DNA of 64,000 bases from NCBI GenBank assembly GCA_010093815.1, contig ML996578.1; one strand, given 5' to 3'. Origin of the DNA: Pseudovirgaria hyperparasitica. Lineage: Eukaryota. The notes below the pieces were generated by a model, which was not told the DNA's origin, did not search any database, and worked only from the letters and a program-made list of their open reading frames with translations. How positions within the stretch are numbered: the first letter of the stretch is position 1; the number at the start of each line of letters is the position of its first letter. Positions 37,561-50,233 of this stretch are shown here, in pieces. The translations under genes and the position numbers were made by a program.

Positions 37561-38099
37561 GAGGAAGGAAGCTAACGCTTCGTTCACTCTGAGGCATGGT
37601 CGCTTTAAAGGATACGGTCATTGCGGCGTAGTACAAGACTCAACAATTCTTATCAACAATAGCTTCGGCGGTAAAAGCACTGAAAGGTGCGCTAAGCGCC
37701 GGACCCACTAATTCTAACAGCATAGCCGCTAGTAGAGAAATAGACTATGACAACGTCCACTACACAACTTGGAGCCAGCCATGACCTTGGACGCGACCCG
37801 ATCGACGGTCAGTCATTCATTCATTCACCTAGCTACTTGATGTTGGGCAGCTAACATGAAAGTAAAATATACACAGAAGAAGTGAAACGAGGTCATCTGC
37901 TGAACAAAGTTCCAAAGATGCACATCAGCTAGCCCGGAAATGCGGCAATATGCCGAAGATTGTGAGTAGAGCAGATGTAATTGAGAAAAAAGCAAACGGA
38001 AAGGAGGAGGCATGTCGTTGACCTGCAGTTTGAGCGATACCATTCTCCTCCACTTGTTACTCTCGAGCGAGACGCAGAGAAAGTCTAGAAAGGCGCTCT

Positions 38100-39227
38100 T
38101 TAATATTGCTTAGCCTCTCCATGAACGGTGGGTTGACCTTTGGGCGATCCGACGTTCTTGCCGTAAAACCCATCCACATTACCTGGAGTGTTGTTAGTCT
38201 CAGAGAGCCAGACATAGAAATGAGATTACTCACCAGAAGGGTAGTAGTTGCAGATGGTGTACCACATTGCCAAGCTGGTACCGCGGCAATCGTACGTGGT
38301 GCAGCCGACAGAGGTCGTCTCCTTCCAGACCACCTGGCTCAGATGACCCCAATCATGGAAGGTTGCCATGTTAGGTTCATAACCTTCAGCGCCTGCGTTG
38401 TTGGCATTATTGTAGTAGGAACCGAATTCACCGTTGTACCAGCCATCCGAGATTTGAGACGCAAGATTGGCGTCGGGTGCACTGGCAGCAAGATTCTGAC
38501 CATAGCCTTCACTGTTTGCATTGTCAGCTAGTCGACCTTGAGGGAGCTTGTGCAGTATAAAAACTTACGTGAAGTGTCCCCATATGCACTTTTGCGCATA
38601 AGCATTAGCAGCATCAGCCAGAGTCTGGTTCCAGACGAGGTCTGTGGCGGAGTGGTTGGCACGATGGACATTGTGTTGATAGAGAACTTTATCCTGATAG
38701 GAAGCACCCTCATTTGGCGGAGACGGAGCTGAAGATGGCTTGGGAGCAGCGGCAGATGGAGTAGGGGCCGGGGCCGGAGGTGCTGGCGCGGAATAACCGT
38801 GGTTAGGCTCTGGAGCGGGCGCTTGATATCCGTGGGTAGGCTCCGGGGCAGGGGCAGGTGAAGGCTCGGACTCAGGTGCAGGCTTTGGAGCTTGAGCATC
38901 AGGCTTAGGGGCAGGCGCAGGGGCGGGCTCAGACTCAGGTGCAGGCTTTGGAACTTCAGCATCAGGTTGAGGAGGGGTTACCTGAATGGGCGAAGACTCC
39001 TCGTTGTTCGGAGATGGCTCATAAGAGTGTTGAAGCGGGTCCTCAGGGTGTTCGTCCTTTGGCGGGGCCTGCTGCTCGGGCTCGGGGGTTGGAGCTGGAC
39101 CGTCAACGTAGACGGTCTGGACCACAGTCTCATACTCCCACTCGGTAACGAGAGCACGCTTGAGCTGTACTGGACCAGAGAGAGCAGTGGCCGCAAAGGC
39201 GGCGATGAGAATGGCTGAAGAACGCAT
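38100..39227 (-). CDS. Secreted CAP/SCP/PR-1 (Pry1-like) protein with Pro-Ala-Glu-rich linker, 2 introns
   Basis: Signal peptide MRSSAILIAAFAATALS; HNVHRANH..LVWNQTLA; spliced YGQNLA, WGHLSQVVWKETTSVGC, YTICNY. Confidence 0.9.
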
Positions 39228-41350
39228 GTTTGCAGAACGTCGAGCTTCTTCTTGATGTTTGAATTTTCTTCGAATCTCAGGTCGACTGAGCTGGCCGTTC
39301 ACAACAAAGTTAGCATGTTCCCAAGATTCATTCTTGGAGTTTGGGAGTAGAGGTGAAGATGACTAGACAGCATATTGAGAAAGAAAGAGCATGGAATGAC
39401 AGGTGACAGCTGTCATGCGGGTGTATAAAGTCCGAAAGCAGCTACGTACATTGATAGTATAGCAAGGCCTCACGGAGGTAGACAGAAAGCGACGGAGGTA
39501 CGACTTGAGCGCACGGTGGATATTGTAGAAGGAGTGGACTGCCGAGTGGCAAGGTAAAGAGCGTGTACTTGTGCGAGGACAAGAAAAAGAAGAGAAGGTG
39601 AAGAGCAAAGGAGTGACAGAAAGGTCGGTGAGCGTAGTAGTTAAGAGAAGGGTAGAAAGTAGAGAGGGAGGAGGTGAGGTCAAGAAAAAGGTCTGGGAGG
39701 TGGAGAGTGGAGGTGCCGGGGGGTCACGGGGTCGCATTGTCCAAGTGGTACCTGCCCAGAGTATGCTCGAGTGTTTTGACAACTTGTCACTCTCATACAA
39801 GCAAGGTCTAGCGTGGGCCTAAACGAGATTGAACGCGCGGGGATTGGCCGTGTCGGTCCCCTGGTTTGCTCACTTTTGGCAGGCTCGTCCAGGCCATTAT
39901 GAATCAACGGCAGGTACGATGGGTGGAGTGTTGGGAAATGGCAGGAATCAACAAGTTGAAGGATGGCGGTTGGCTTTGCTCGTCTCGGAATCGCCAACAC
40001 TGTAAGGAAGATGCACTCGAGCGTCACGCAGCGTCGGACAGAATCGAAACAATGTACAGCCGTTGACGGTTGCGTGCTGCTCGGAGATTTAGTCTAAACA
40101 TTCCGGGCCTCCACACGAGAACAAAGCCTTGCTTTAGTCCTGTTGCTCGTCATACCACGCACCATTCCATTAATTACCAAATACACAGCACACAGCACGC
40201 AGGCAAAAGAAAATACAGCGGCTGTCTCGTACGCCATCGCCCAGCATCCGCCAACAAAAGGCAGATTCAGCCTGGTTCATGGGTTATTAAGGCCAAGGCC
40301 AAGCAAGGCCAAGCCAGCAACAGTTTGTCCGTCGTGGAGAACATCCGGGCATCAGATCGCGGCAGATCTGCTTGAGCGACTGGCGAGAACAGGTAGGTAA
40401 CGAGTGCTCGTGCATCAAGTCAGAGACAGAGACAGAGACGTCGACATAAAACCAGAGTGGAGTGGGTGTTAATAATGTGGATGTGTGTGCACGAAGTTTG
40501 GGCGAAAAGTGAAACACAGAGTAGAATGACGTTGGACATGCGGAGGGGATAAGGTAGGCTGCCCTTGTCAAATGGTGGTGGTGGTGGTGGCGGTGGTAAG
40601 TGGGGTACCTTAGCCCTGAACATCAATGATCAGTTAAAATTAGGGGGATTAGGGTTGTTTGAGATTCACAAGGTCGACGCTAGACAGGGAAGTGAAGCTG
40701 CTCAGCTGCACGAAAGTCACCTAAACACCACCACATTGGCCGCCACGTCTGAAGATTCTCGTCGGTTCGCCGGTTAGAGTTATCGATAAGCCGGCACCAT
40801 AATACACCATTACCCCTGATTTCTGGCAATTTGGGCTGACCTGGCTTCCCGACTGGCTGGTTGTCCCCTAGCTTGATTTCGGTTTGGCTTGCGTCCTTCA
40901 TTTCTGACAGGTCAGCCTCCAAAGTGCTTCTTGTTTCAGGTGACAACCAGTAGACGAGCAAAGACGACGAACCGCTGTTGCTCTGCTGCTCTGTCGCTCC
41001 CCGCCGTGTAAGCTGTGTCATATCCTCCTCGTCGGCATCGTATTTACAACCGTCCGTTTCAGCATGTCGACACCACTCGACATCTTCATCTCCAATCTAC
41101 TCACTTCGCACCGTGAACTTGAAGCGCGCGCGCTGTTCAAAGTGACTTATGGTCACGGAGATCGAGAAAGGCCAGAACGATTGGCGTGAGGCAGGGATAC
41201 CGATGCTGCGAAAATATATCTGGAACTCTTCCAGAATCCTCCATCTACCATAGTCGTCAACTCGTCATTAAACATAATACCGTCGAGGCGCCGACTCCGA
41301 TCCATAATTAGCACCTAGAATTCTAGATTAGACTTTCGAATCCTCCTCAA

Positions 41351-42106
41351 TTACTTTTCTTTTTGCGTGGCTCCACCGTCCACCGTAATCTTCTGTGTCT
41401 TTACGAAGCCTGCGCGTATCAAGTATTCGCTCGCTCTGTTCCTCGAGTGGTCCAATGTATCCTGCTCCTCGTTCTGGCCCATTCCGCTCTCATCTCCCTC
41501 TCTCCACTCATGTACAACCAACTATAATCCTACCTGGAGCAATCAACGCTTAGCGTTCGTGATGTGGGTCTGACTGCAACGCGCGAAACGAACCGATACG
41601 AACGATGCAGGGCCCAGCAGTGCTGTCACTGTTGAGAGAGTGCCGACCGACTGGCTCTCTGAACTTCATGTAGAGGCTTGCGATACAGCGAATGGTCTCG
41701 TCAGGTTTGTTTCAACGTACAGTAGCTGCATGACAGCTGCTAGTAAAGTGGGTGCACGACATACCGATGAGCTGATACATACACTTGCCATTGTGTTATG
41801 GTGTCTGAATCCATCATCTTTATGCCATTTGTCTACTGTGTTGCAGCAATGCCTCCATTGTTCACAAGGACATCGACATGGCCTCCCACAAATTCAGAGA
41901 CACATTTCTCTCGGATATTGTCGATGTCGCATAAGTCGCAAATTGCAGAACTGACTGCCCTCTGGTCCGCTCCAGTACTCCAGCTGAGTGTACACTGTGT
42001 GCTCGAGCTGTTCTTTAAGTGGCGATAGAGTTCGACCAATTCCTCGAGCTCCGCAGCTAATGACTACTGTTTTCGGCACTGAGGGAGCTCTGACTTTGAG
42101 AACATG
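41351..42106 (-). pseudogene. Degraded short-chain dehydrogenase/reductase
   Basis: Remnants TVVISCGARGIGR, HVDVLVNNGGIA followed by a stop, YVETNLTRPFAVSQA and GFVKTQKITVDGG lie in different frames. Confidence 0.7.
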
Positions 42107-42608
42107 GATGTGCAGGTGCGTGCACGCGACATTCTTCGTATGTACAGTACTGACGTGTCCTTTAACGTCGGTGTACCACATATTTGGCGAATATTGCAAT
42201 ACAGCTACTGCACTGCATAGGCCTGTAAGACCTTTGTTTCAAAACTGTGATGCTGCAGCGTGCCTCGACACGACTGACAGAATTTACGTTGCTCACTGTC
42301 TACAGCCGACGAAGAACAAAATCGCGACCAGAAATGCGCACTACAGCACAATGGTCGTCCCGTGGTGTGCTACAACTATCTTCCTGGGGTATTCGCGCTG
42401 CACAGCTAGCCACTTCACTGACGATGGCAAACACTAGCAACTGCAATTTTTTTTTAAACAAGGAGCTCGACAAATTAGTACGTGGCTCGACTGAATATAT
42501 TAGAGATATGTGAAGAGCAGGCAGATTCATCGACTATTGCACCCCGTTATACCATCTCTTATAATTTTCCTATCATCCGTGTTCCCTAGGTCTTTTCCGA
42601 CATATTTC

Positions 42609-43551
42609 CTAGCCACGGCGGCGCGTAGAAGGCGTCTTTGAACGCGTCGATTGCGCTGGAGTTGCAGGATCCAGTGGGGTGTTCTTCTTAGCCACAGTGG
42701 CATAGGAGGGAGCGTTCTTGCCTTTCGACTTCTTTACAGCTGGAGCAGTGTTCCAGTAGTAGATCATTTGCCCTGCAAGAACCAAGTTCAGCACGAAGCC
42801 GGCAATGAAACCCCATAGTATAAGAGGATCGGGCACTTCTTGTAAGGTTGTGAAGACGCGTGCAAGGGAACCTGCAAGGTAGTTGAAAACCTGCAATCAT
42901 GTCAGTATTTTCAAATTCAAGACGTCCAGTCTAAGCAAGACCTACAGCAAACGCGCTCAGTTGGCCTGTGGTCCCTTCTTGATACACAGTCCAGATCTGA
43001 GGAATTTTGCTCGCGACACCAAGGACACCAGCTGCAGCTTGGAACATGGCCAAGCGATTGACGTCTACAAGACCGGCATTCTCGTTGAAAAGCGCATAAC
43101 CAGTTGCCGCGAGTCCTGCGATCCAAGCGCCCGCTGCAGGCCCTTTTCCAGAGAAGTGCAGAACCAGTGCGGAAATCGCTACGTTCTGAATCAATATCAA
43201 GGCAGTCTCGCCGTATGTACTGAAGGGAAAGCCATGACGGTAATTGTATGCCAAGCTAATGATGTATGCCGACGTCTCGAGCGCGTACGAAGTAAACGAT
43301 AATCCTTTCGCAGTCTTCGTCTGTAGAAGCTTGATAAGCTGTGGGACTTTGACAATAGCTGAAGCGCCAATTATCGCGATCCCAAGCGCTTTAGAGACCC
43401 CGAGCTTTACGCATTCTGGGTGATTGAGGAGATCGAAGTCTTCGACTACAGTTTTGTAGCAGTATGGTCCGATAAGATCGCGGCCGGCCGTGACGATGGG
43501 CGCCGGGAGACGATGAGTGACTTCCTGAACGTAAGGTCGGATCGCGTCCAT
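42609..43551 (-). CDS. MPDU1: Mannose-P-dolichol utilization defect 1 homolog (PQ-loop), 1 intron
   Basis: SKALGIAII..SAIVKVPQLIK, GFPFSTYGET, ASKIPQI..TGQLSAFAV-FNYLAGSLARVFTTLQEV. Confidence 0.93.
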
Positions 43552-44048
43552 CTTGATGCCGGTCTTCGAGGAGTCGGTGAAAGGAGTGAAGTGTCTCAAG
43601 GAGAGTTAAAGAAGGAATATCAGGCGACAATACCGAGTTTACTGTTTTGGGGCAGTGAGCTAAAGTGCCACATTGTCCTTTCTAGTGGTAGTGTGCACGG
43701 ACCTGGAAGGTAGCTTGGACAGTCTGGGGACATGTCTCTGCCTGAAATGTGCCTGAAATATGCCTGAAATGTCCCCAGACTAATGTCCTAGCACTGGACA
43801 AGCTGGATTAACACAGTTGAGCAACAGAGACCTTTTTTATCTGACGTGCCACTGGCTGCAATTATATTCTGCTACGAGCGACCCTACCTGATCTTCTCAG
43901 TTCAATGTCAACTTCACCGAATTGGCATTATTGAAATCCTCTTGAGCCTTGCTGAGCTTGCGAGTCATTCGTCCTAAAGCAGGGCTGCGGCGCAGCAAAC
44001 CACGAATCGGAATACCTTAATATATAAGATCCCAGCGACCCAGGGAGG

Positions 44049-44786
44049 ATGCTCAAAAAAGTGGGCACAGACACGGCGGGAATACCCCTCACGGATGATG
44101 TCGACACACAAATCAATCAGGAGGATGCCATCAAATACTGGTCTTCAACCGCCCCGACAGTGGACGGTATGCTTGGGGGCTTTCCTCAAGTCTCCTCCAT
44201 AGATCTACGCGGCTCGCTCGCCTTTCTGACAAAGCTTCAACGAGCTTCCAAGCAGCACCCTACCACAAAGCTACTCACCCGTGTAGTCGATTGCGGCGCA
44301 GGCATTGGCCGCATCACTACCGGTCTGTTGGTCGATGTCGCGGAGACTGTTGATATTGTCGAGCCAGTGAAAGAATTCACAGATCGATTTGAGGCGCTGG
44401 AAGAGTACAAGGTGTTGAAAGAGAAAGGCAAGATTGGTGATATCATTGTGCAAGGGCTGCAGACATGGACGCCAGTGCGAAATTACAGTGTAATCTGGAA
44501 CCAATGGTGCCTCTGCCAGCTCAAAGATAAGCAAGTGATCGACTACCTGAGAAGATGTACGCCGTACCTTGAACCTGGCGGCTGGATCATAACGAAAGAG
44601 AACGTTCTACGGGGCCTCGAAGACCAGGATGAGTTCGACAAGCTGGATTCGTCCGTATTGCGCTCAGAGACAAAATTCAAGCACCTCTTCGAAGAAGCAG
44701 GGCTCAAAATCGTCGCCACCCAATATCAGAAAGGATTTCCAGCCGATCTCTATCCAGTTCGGATGTGGGCACTACAAGCAAAATGA
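44049..44786 (+). CDS. NTM1: Alpha-N-terminal protein methyltransferase Ntm1/Tae1 (start uncertain)
   Basis: TVDGMLGGF, VDCGAGIGRIT, IWNQWCL, ITKEN, FDKLDSSVLRS, GFPADLYPVRMWAL. Confidence 0.93.
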   Translation: MLKKVGTDTAGIPLTDDVDTQINQEDAIKYWSSTAPTVDGMLGGFPQVSSIDLRGSLAFLTKLQRASKQHPTTKLLTRVVDCGAGIGRITTGLLVDVAETVDIVEPVKEFTDRFEALEEYKVLKEKGKIGDIIVQGLQTWTPVRNYSVIWNQWCLCQLKDKQVIDYLRRCTPYLEPGGWIITKENVLRGLEDQDEFDKLDSSVLRSETKFKHLFEEAGLKIVATQYQKGFPADLYPVRMWALQAK

Positions 44787-45634
44787 GCTTGGAATCGATG
44801 CTGGGTAATACAACTTAACTCGCAATGTTGAGTGAGCTCTGTCAAGTGTCATACTTGTTGGCATGGTCACAATGCCGTCTTTGAAAGCCACAAACAGCTT
44901 GAGTCCCAGACTTTGCATTGCCAGTCGCCGACATCGAATATCGCGATGGAGACACAATATCGTCTTGCGCTAAGTCTCCGCGAATTGCGACCATACTGTA
45001 CACATATTGGAACGCTCGGGGAAATTGATTCTATCACCCATGACTTCCTACGAATCCCAAGCCCAGTGTGTACTCACTGTCATCGCCTTCTGCATGGTCC
45101 AAGATGTATAATACTTCAACGTCAATCGAGCTGATTGATGCTCGTAACTCATCACTGGTCTGGCAATTAATAGTCAGTAACAGCATGATGGTCTCAGTCC
45201 TTGTGATAGGGCACGAAGCAATAAGTAAACTCAGGAATCGAATCATAATTATGCCTGACTATTGTAGATACACGTGTTCTCGCCCGCATGAAGTACTCAC
45301 TCATGTTCGAGATGTTCTTATGCACAGTGCGTAATGCGACAATCATACGCATGAATCAGGATAGATCGTGCATGTGTTCACCCAACACGGTCAAGTCGGA
45401 AAGAAAAACCGCTGTGCAGCCTCACCATGCATTACACGCATCTCGCAACACAAGAACTATCGAAACCGCTCCCTTTGCCTGGCCTACATCTGCTTTGTCC
45501 TACACAGCTGCACTAGCGTCCATCTGACCACGCACAATGTGACGCAGCACAGTAGACACACATTCCCTCGAGCCCCATCTCTCGTACCCTCTCACTCTCT
45601 TCACCGGCCTATCCGTGTGCATCCGCTCATAAGC

Positions 45635-46210
45635 ATGACTGAGTCTGCCTCTATCCGTGCAAGAGGCCTCTCTTCCGCCGAACAAGTTGCTCTAGGCATC
45701 GGCGTCGCCTTCGCCGTCATCATCCCCTGCTCATTGCTATACGCGTTATGGAACAAGCGCTGTGTACGGCCTAGACGCTGCTACTACGAATGGACACGGT
45801 CGATACGACCCGTGAAGGAAGCCGCGCCTCGAAACGAAGGGGTATTACTGAGTGACATGGCGCAGACGCGCGAAAGCGCACGGCGGCCATCGCAATTCAC
45901 AATCTCGGCGCCACGGAGCGTGTATTCGCCAGTCAGTTCGCGAGCGGGGGTGCGCAGTTTGGCGATTGGGGCCACGAGGCAGGATAGCATCGCGAGTGAC
46001 GCGCCGTCGAGGTCGGAAGAGGAGGCGCTGAAGGCGCGGCAGGCGGAGGAGGCGGTGGATTTGTATAGGGTTACGACTGTGGTGCGGGACGAGACGAGTC
46101 TGCTGGTTGGCGGAGATGATATCACTCGTCTGGCGGAATTTCACTTCCCGTTTCATGGGAGGAGACCCGGCTCGCGACTACCTGAGGATATGCTGGTATA
46201 TGTGAAATGA
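45635..46210 (+). CDS. Small single-pass membrane protein, unknown function
   Basis: LSSAEQVALGIGVAFAVIIPCSLLYALW hydrophobic helix followed by a basic NKRCVRPRR stretch. Confidence 0.55.
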   Translation: MTESASIRARGLSSAEQVALGIGVAFAVIIPCSLLYALWNKRCVRPRRCYYEWTRSIRPVKEAAPRNEGVLLSDMAQTRESARRPSQFTISAPRSVYSPVSSRAGVRSLAIGATRQDSIASDAPSRSEEEALKARQAEEAVDLYRVTTVVRDETSLLVGGDDITRLAEFHFPFHGRRPGSRLPEDMLVYVK

Positions 46211-46340
46211 GGGAAAATGCTCTCTATATTACTGGAAATGCCCCTTTCAAGATGCTATGCTAGCCAAACCCACAAAATGCACACGGGGAACCACAATCGA
46301 ATCAAGTCGACCATCTGACCTCGAACTTGACTACCAGAAC

Positions 46341-47618
46341 TTACTTTGGCTCGAATCCTTTTGGGGGGTGCTGGCCGTCTGGAATCTCTAAATTGGTCGT
46401 GTAGATCTTGTTGCCGCTGGCACTACTCCAGGCATCCTTGATCTTTTGCAGCACTGTCCTGCCTGCATACTCAGCATCTACATTTGGTACGGCCCATCCA
46501 CCATTCTTGTACTTTGAGTTGAAAGGTCCGGCATACGACTGATTGAAGTACATGTTGCTCAACGCCACGGAGCCAGACGTAGAGCCCCACGAGCGCACCT
46601 TCTCTCCAACAACATCGGCAACGAACTTGAACACATTCGCGCCTACATCGAAGCGCCCGAGCGTGTCGAGACCCCAGTTGGCCTCGACAGTCGATATTTC
46701 GGAATAGTGATCGTAGAATGTGGAGTCGGTGGTGCCGACAAGAGACGAAGGGATAACATCACCGAGAAGGATACCGAGAACCTTGTTAGGCTGTGTATAG
46801 TCGTGGTTCTCATCAAAGGTGATGAGCACGAGTGTCTTGTTCATGAAGTTGCTATTCGATAGAAGCGGTTCGACAAAGTTCCGCGTCCACGTGCCGGCGG
46901 TCGTGACACTGGAGTCGTGACCATCGGACGTCATGTTCGGGGTGATGAACATCCATTGAGGTAGCGCGTTCGCCTTGAGGTCGTTTTGGAAGAGCGTGAG
47001 ATTCTTGATCAGGTTGAGACGTGACGGTTGCGTAGCGACAGAATCATATATGACGCAGGGATTGTGCTTGCGCACATACATGTTGGCACCTGTACGTGGA
47101 TTATCATATTCGGTGTCTTGGTACCCGGTGTACGGCATGTCTTCTTGGTATGAAGCCCATGAGATACCCTTGGCTTCAAGAAGGTCGACGATAGAACTTA
47201 TGTTTTTGGGGACGTTGTTATGGTCATCGTTGCTGTATTGATCAGTACCTGTATCCCAAATACGGAAATATTTCATACTTCATGCCAAAGTAGTCACCCC
47301 CGATTGCGGCAACATAATTCGGTTCACTGGGATGAGTGACACCATAGTAGCTTGAAAGCGTGATACCCTTCTTCGCAAGATATTGCAGACTGGCTGAGAG
47401 TAACCCATTAGTTCAGACCCAGTTACATTTTATAGCCGACAGAACATACGATCTCCAGCAGCTTTGTCGTAATTAGTGTTCTCTAGCCAAATTACAGCCA
47501 TACGGTCGAACACCTTCCCGGATACTTTTGCAGCAGAGGTTTGCGCAACATACTGAGTAGCCACTGTTGTGGTCGTGAGCAAGGCTGCAACGCCTGCCAG
47601 TGCAGAATCCAAATACAT
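46341..47618 (-). CDS. Secreted acid phosphatase, phosphoesterase family, 2 introns
   Basis: GKVFDRMAVIWLENT, VTHPSEPNY, YQEDMPY, YVRKHNP, WMFITPNMTSDGHD, LITFDEN, YDHYSEI. Confidence 0.92.
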
Positions 47619-48247
47619 CCTCGCTGAACCTTATTGTTCGAAAGGCATCAACAGGTGAAACTGAACAAGGCTAGAAGAACAGAAGGAAAATGTAAAAAGG
47701 TCCGACAGATAGCCGGACAAAAGTACCCAAATCCATGGTTTAGAGCTGCATTTTACTGATTAATTTGGGTCTCATCCGACCTTCCCGAACGACGACAGCG
47801 GATGACAAGAGCCCTGCATTAGCAGGATGGTGATTGGCGAGCTAATGGGCACGCTCCACGCTTCTATTTGTGAAGCAATCATTGGTGTGTAACGGCAGAC
47901 CCTAGATTGGCTACGGACATAATATACAGGATCATCCGATGCATTAATATTGACGCATGTGTTGAAGACGACGATTCTGATTTGCGGGGGGGCTTTTGCT
48001 GGGAGCGATTTTGTGAGCAATGCAGGGGCACGTTCAGGTGTTGGTGCCTTAGAAGCCTGGCGGGATTGGATATACCCGTGACGGGACGGAGACACCACGC
48101 TGTAGATAGCTCCAGACTGAGACATTTTGACATTCCTGTGCAGATGATGCCGTCACTTGATCCACAATCCGTCGAAGGTCTGTGTGTGTTTGACAGGATA
48201 TTTCTTGTCTTTTTTTACATCGCCGACACGGACTCTCCCAGGTAGCC

Positions 48248-50233
48248 ATGTATGAGCCTCAAGCAGATCGCGCTACCGGTCGCGACGAAGAGGCAGAGCA
48301 TCTGCTCTCGGAACGATACGAAGACGACTCGTTGGAATCTTCCCAACACGATGTAGCGAACAGTAGCGATACTGGTCTGTCGCCGGAAGCGAGTCAACAA
48401 TGCCAACCATCATTCTTCCTGATATGCGCCATCATAGTGCTGGTCGCCTTTCTGGCTCTGGCCGCATCGGCGGTATCGCAATGGTTTCGACACGGCGCCA
48501 ATCCTACAGTGCATGCAGTATCTCAAAGAAATGATTATGTCCTGGATCCAGCGTGGAATGCATATGCGAAGCCACAGAAGCGAATCTACGACTGGACCAT
48601 AACGGACGTCGAACTGAACCCCGATGGCGTCTTCAGACCTATGGTTGTCATCAACGGACAGTTCCCCGGTCCTATGATCGAATGCAATGAAGGCGACACT
48701 ATTGTAGTCAATGTTCGCAACGAAGCTGTGAATGCAACATCCATCCATTGGCACGGCATGTACCAGAATGGGACAAACTGGATGGATGGGACTGTCGGCG
48801 TCACACAATGTCCGATAGCACCGGGAGCCGCCTACACCTATGAGTTCTCAACACAGGGCCAATGGGGCACGTACTGGTATCATGGCCATAGAGGCGTACA
48901 AGCTTCTGATGGTCTACTTGGTCCTCTTATAATTCACTCCAAAGATGAAATTCAGCATCTGAAATATGATACGGACAGGGTGGTGATGGTTCAAGACCAT
49001 TACTACAACACGTCGAATGAGCTCCTCATGGATTATCTGAAGCCAAACCAGGAGAACGCCGAACCAGTTCCAGACAGTGCACTCATCAACGGACGCAATG
49101 TTCGTGATTGTGCTTTGCTACCAAACAGGATATGTGACAGCTCGATGGCAACTCTTCCCACCATGGTTCTGGAAGAGGGCAAGAAACATCGTCTGCGCTT
49201 CATCAACGTTGGCGCGTTTGCTGAATTTCAGGTACAGATAGACGAGCACGAATTTGCCGTCACCGAAGTTGATGGCACAGACGTCATTCCAGCTTACTTT
49301 CATCGACTTAATATCCTCCCAGCGCAGCGCTACAGTATTGTGGTCGATGCAAGCGTTACTACACAATCTGCGTATTGGCTACGAGCAAGGATGGTGACGC
49401 ATTGCTTCGCAGAGGAAAATGAAGAGATGGAAGCTGAGGTCCGGGCCATTGTTCAATACTCGGCAACGGAGCTACATGATATAGAGCCAAAGAGCAGGGA
49501 CTGGCCGGAAGTCGTAGAGGTCACTTGCCACGATATGAATACGACAGAGCTACATCCCGCGATACCAGTCGCAGCTCCTTCTGATGTCAACGATGTCATC
49601 CACCTCCGGTCAAATTTCGAGATTGGTAACTGGAAGCTCAGTCGCGGCTTTTTCAATCAGAGCTCGTGGCGTGCCTCGTCTAATTCATCTTCGTTGTCAC
49701 GTTTCATCTCGGGAGTCAAGACTGGCAACGGCGCTTACACATCAAGCCTATATAGATCGTTTGGGATCAATGATGAGGTCTTCGATCCATCTAGTGAGCT
49801 CACGTATCAAACCACGGGCATCCAGACGGTCGACATTCTAATCTCGAACTTCGACGACGGTTCACACCCTATGCACCTACACGGCTACAAATTTTGGGTC
49901 CTTGCGTCAGGTATTGGCTATCCACCAGAGAATCTTTACGATCCCGGTGTGCTTGATCTCAGTAACCCCTTGCGCAGAGACACAGCGTCTATCGAGGCTT
50001 ACGGATGGATTCTTCTACGGTTAAAGGCTGACAACGCTGGAATGTGGGCCTTTCATTGTCATATTACCTGGCATGCTGAGGCTGGGTTGATGATGCAGTT
50101 CCTTACGCGTGCTGACATCGTTAGCATGTGGAGTATACCCAACGAAAGCGAGAATCTTTGCATGATGGCAGGTCTCGAAAAGGGTGAGCGACCCCATGAC
50201 GAGATCTGGTTTGGCAACCGACCAGGGGTTTGA
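48248..50233 (+). CDS. Multicopper oxidase / laccase-like (AA1) with N-terminal transmembrane anchor, intronless
   Basis: Four Cu-binding motifs IHWHG, WYHGH, HPMHLHG, HCHITWHAEAGL. Confidence 0.95.
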   Translation: MYEPQADRATGRDEEAEHLLSERYEDDSLESSQHDVANSSDTGLSPEASQQCQPSFFLICAIIVLVAFLALAASAVSQWFRHGANPTVHAVSQRNDYVLDPAWNAYAKPQKRIYDWTITDVELNPDGVFRPMVVINGQFPGPMIECNEGDTIVVNVRNEAVNATSIHWHGMYQNGTNWMDGTVGVTQCPIAPGAAYTYEFSTQGQWGTYWYHGHRGVQASDGLLGPLIIHSKDEIQHLKYDTDRVVMVQDHYYNTSNELLMDYLKPNQENAEPVPDSALINGRNVRDCALLPNRICDSSMATLPTMVLEEGKKHRLRFINVGAFAEFQVQIDEHEFAVTEVDGTDVIPAYFHRLNILPAQRYSIVVDASVTTQSAYWLRARMVTHCFAEENEEMEAEVRAIVQYSATELHDIEPKSRDWPEVVEVTCHDMNTTELHPAIPVAAPSDVNDVIHLRSNFEIGNWKLSRGFFNQSSWRASSNSSSLSRFISGVKTGNGAYTSSLYRSFGINDEVFDPSSELTYQTTGIQTVDILISNFDDGSHPMHLHGYKFWVLASGIGYPPENLYDPGVLDLSNPLRRDTASIEAYGWILLRLKADNAGMWAFHCHITWHAEAGLMMQFLTRADIVSMWSIPNESENLCMMAGLEKGERPHDEIWFGNRPGV

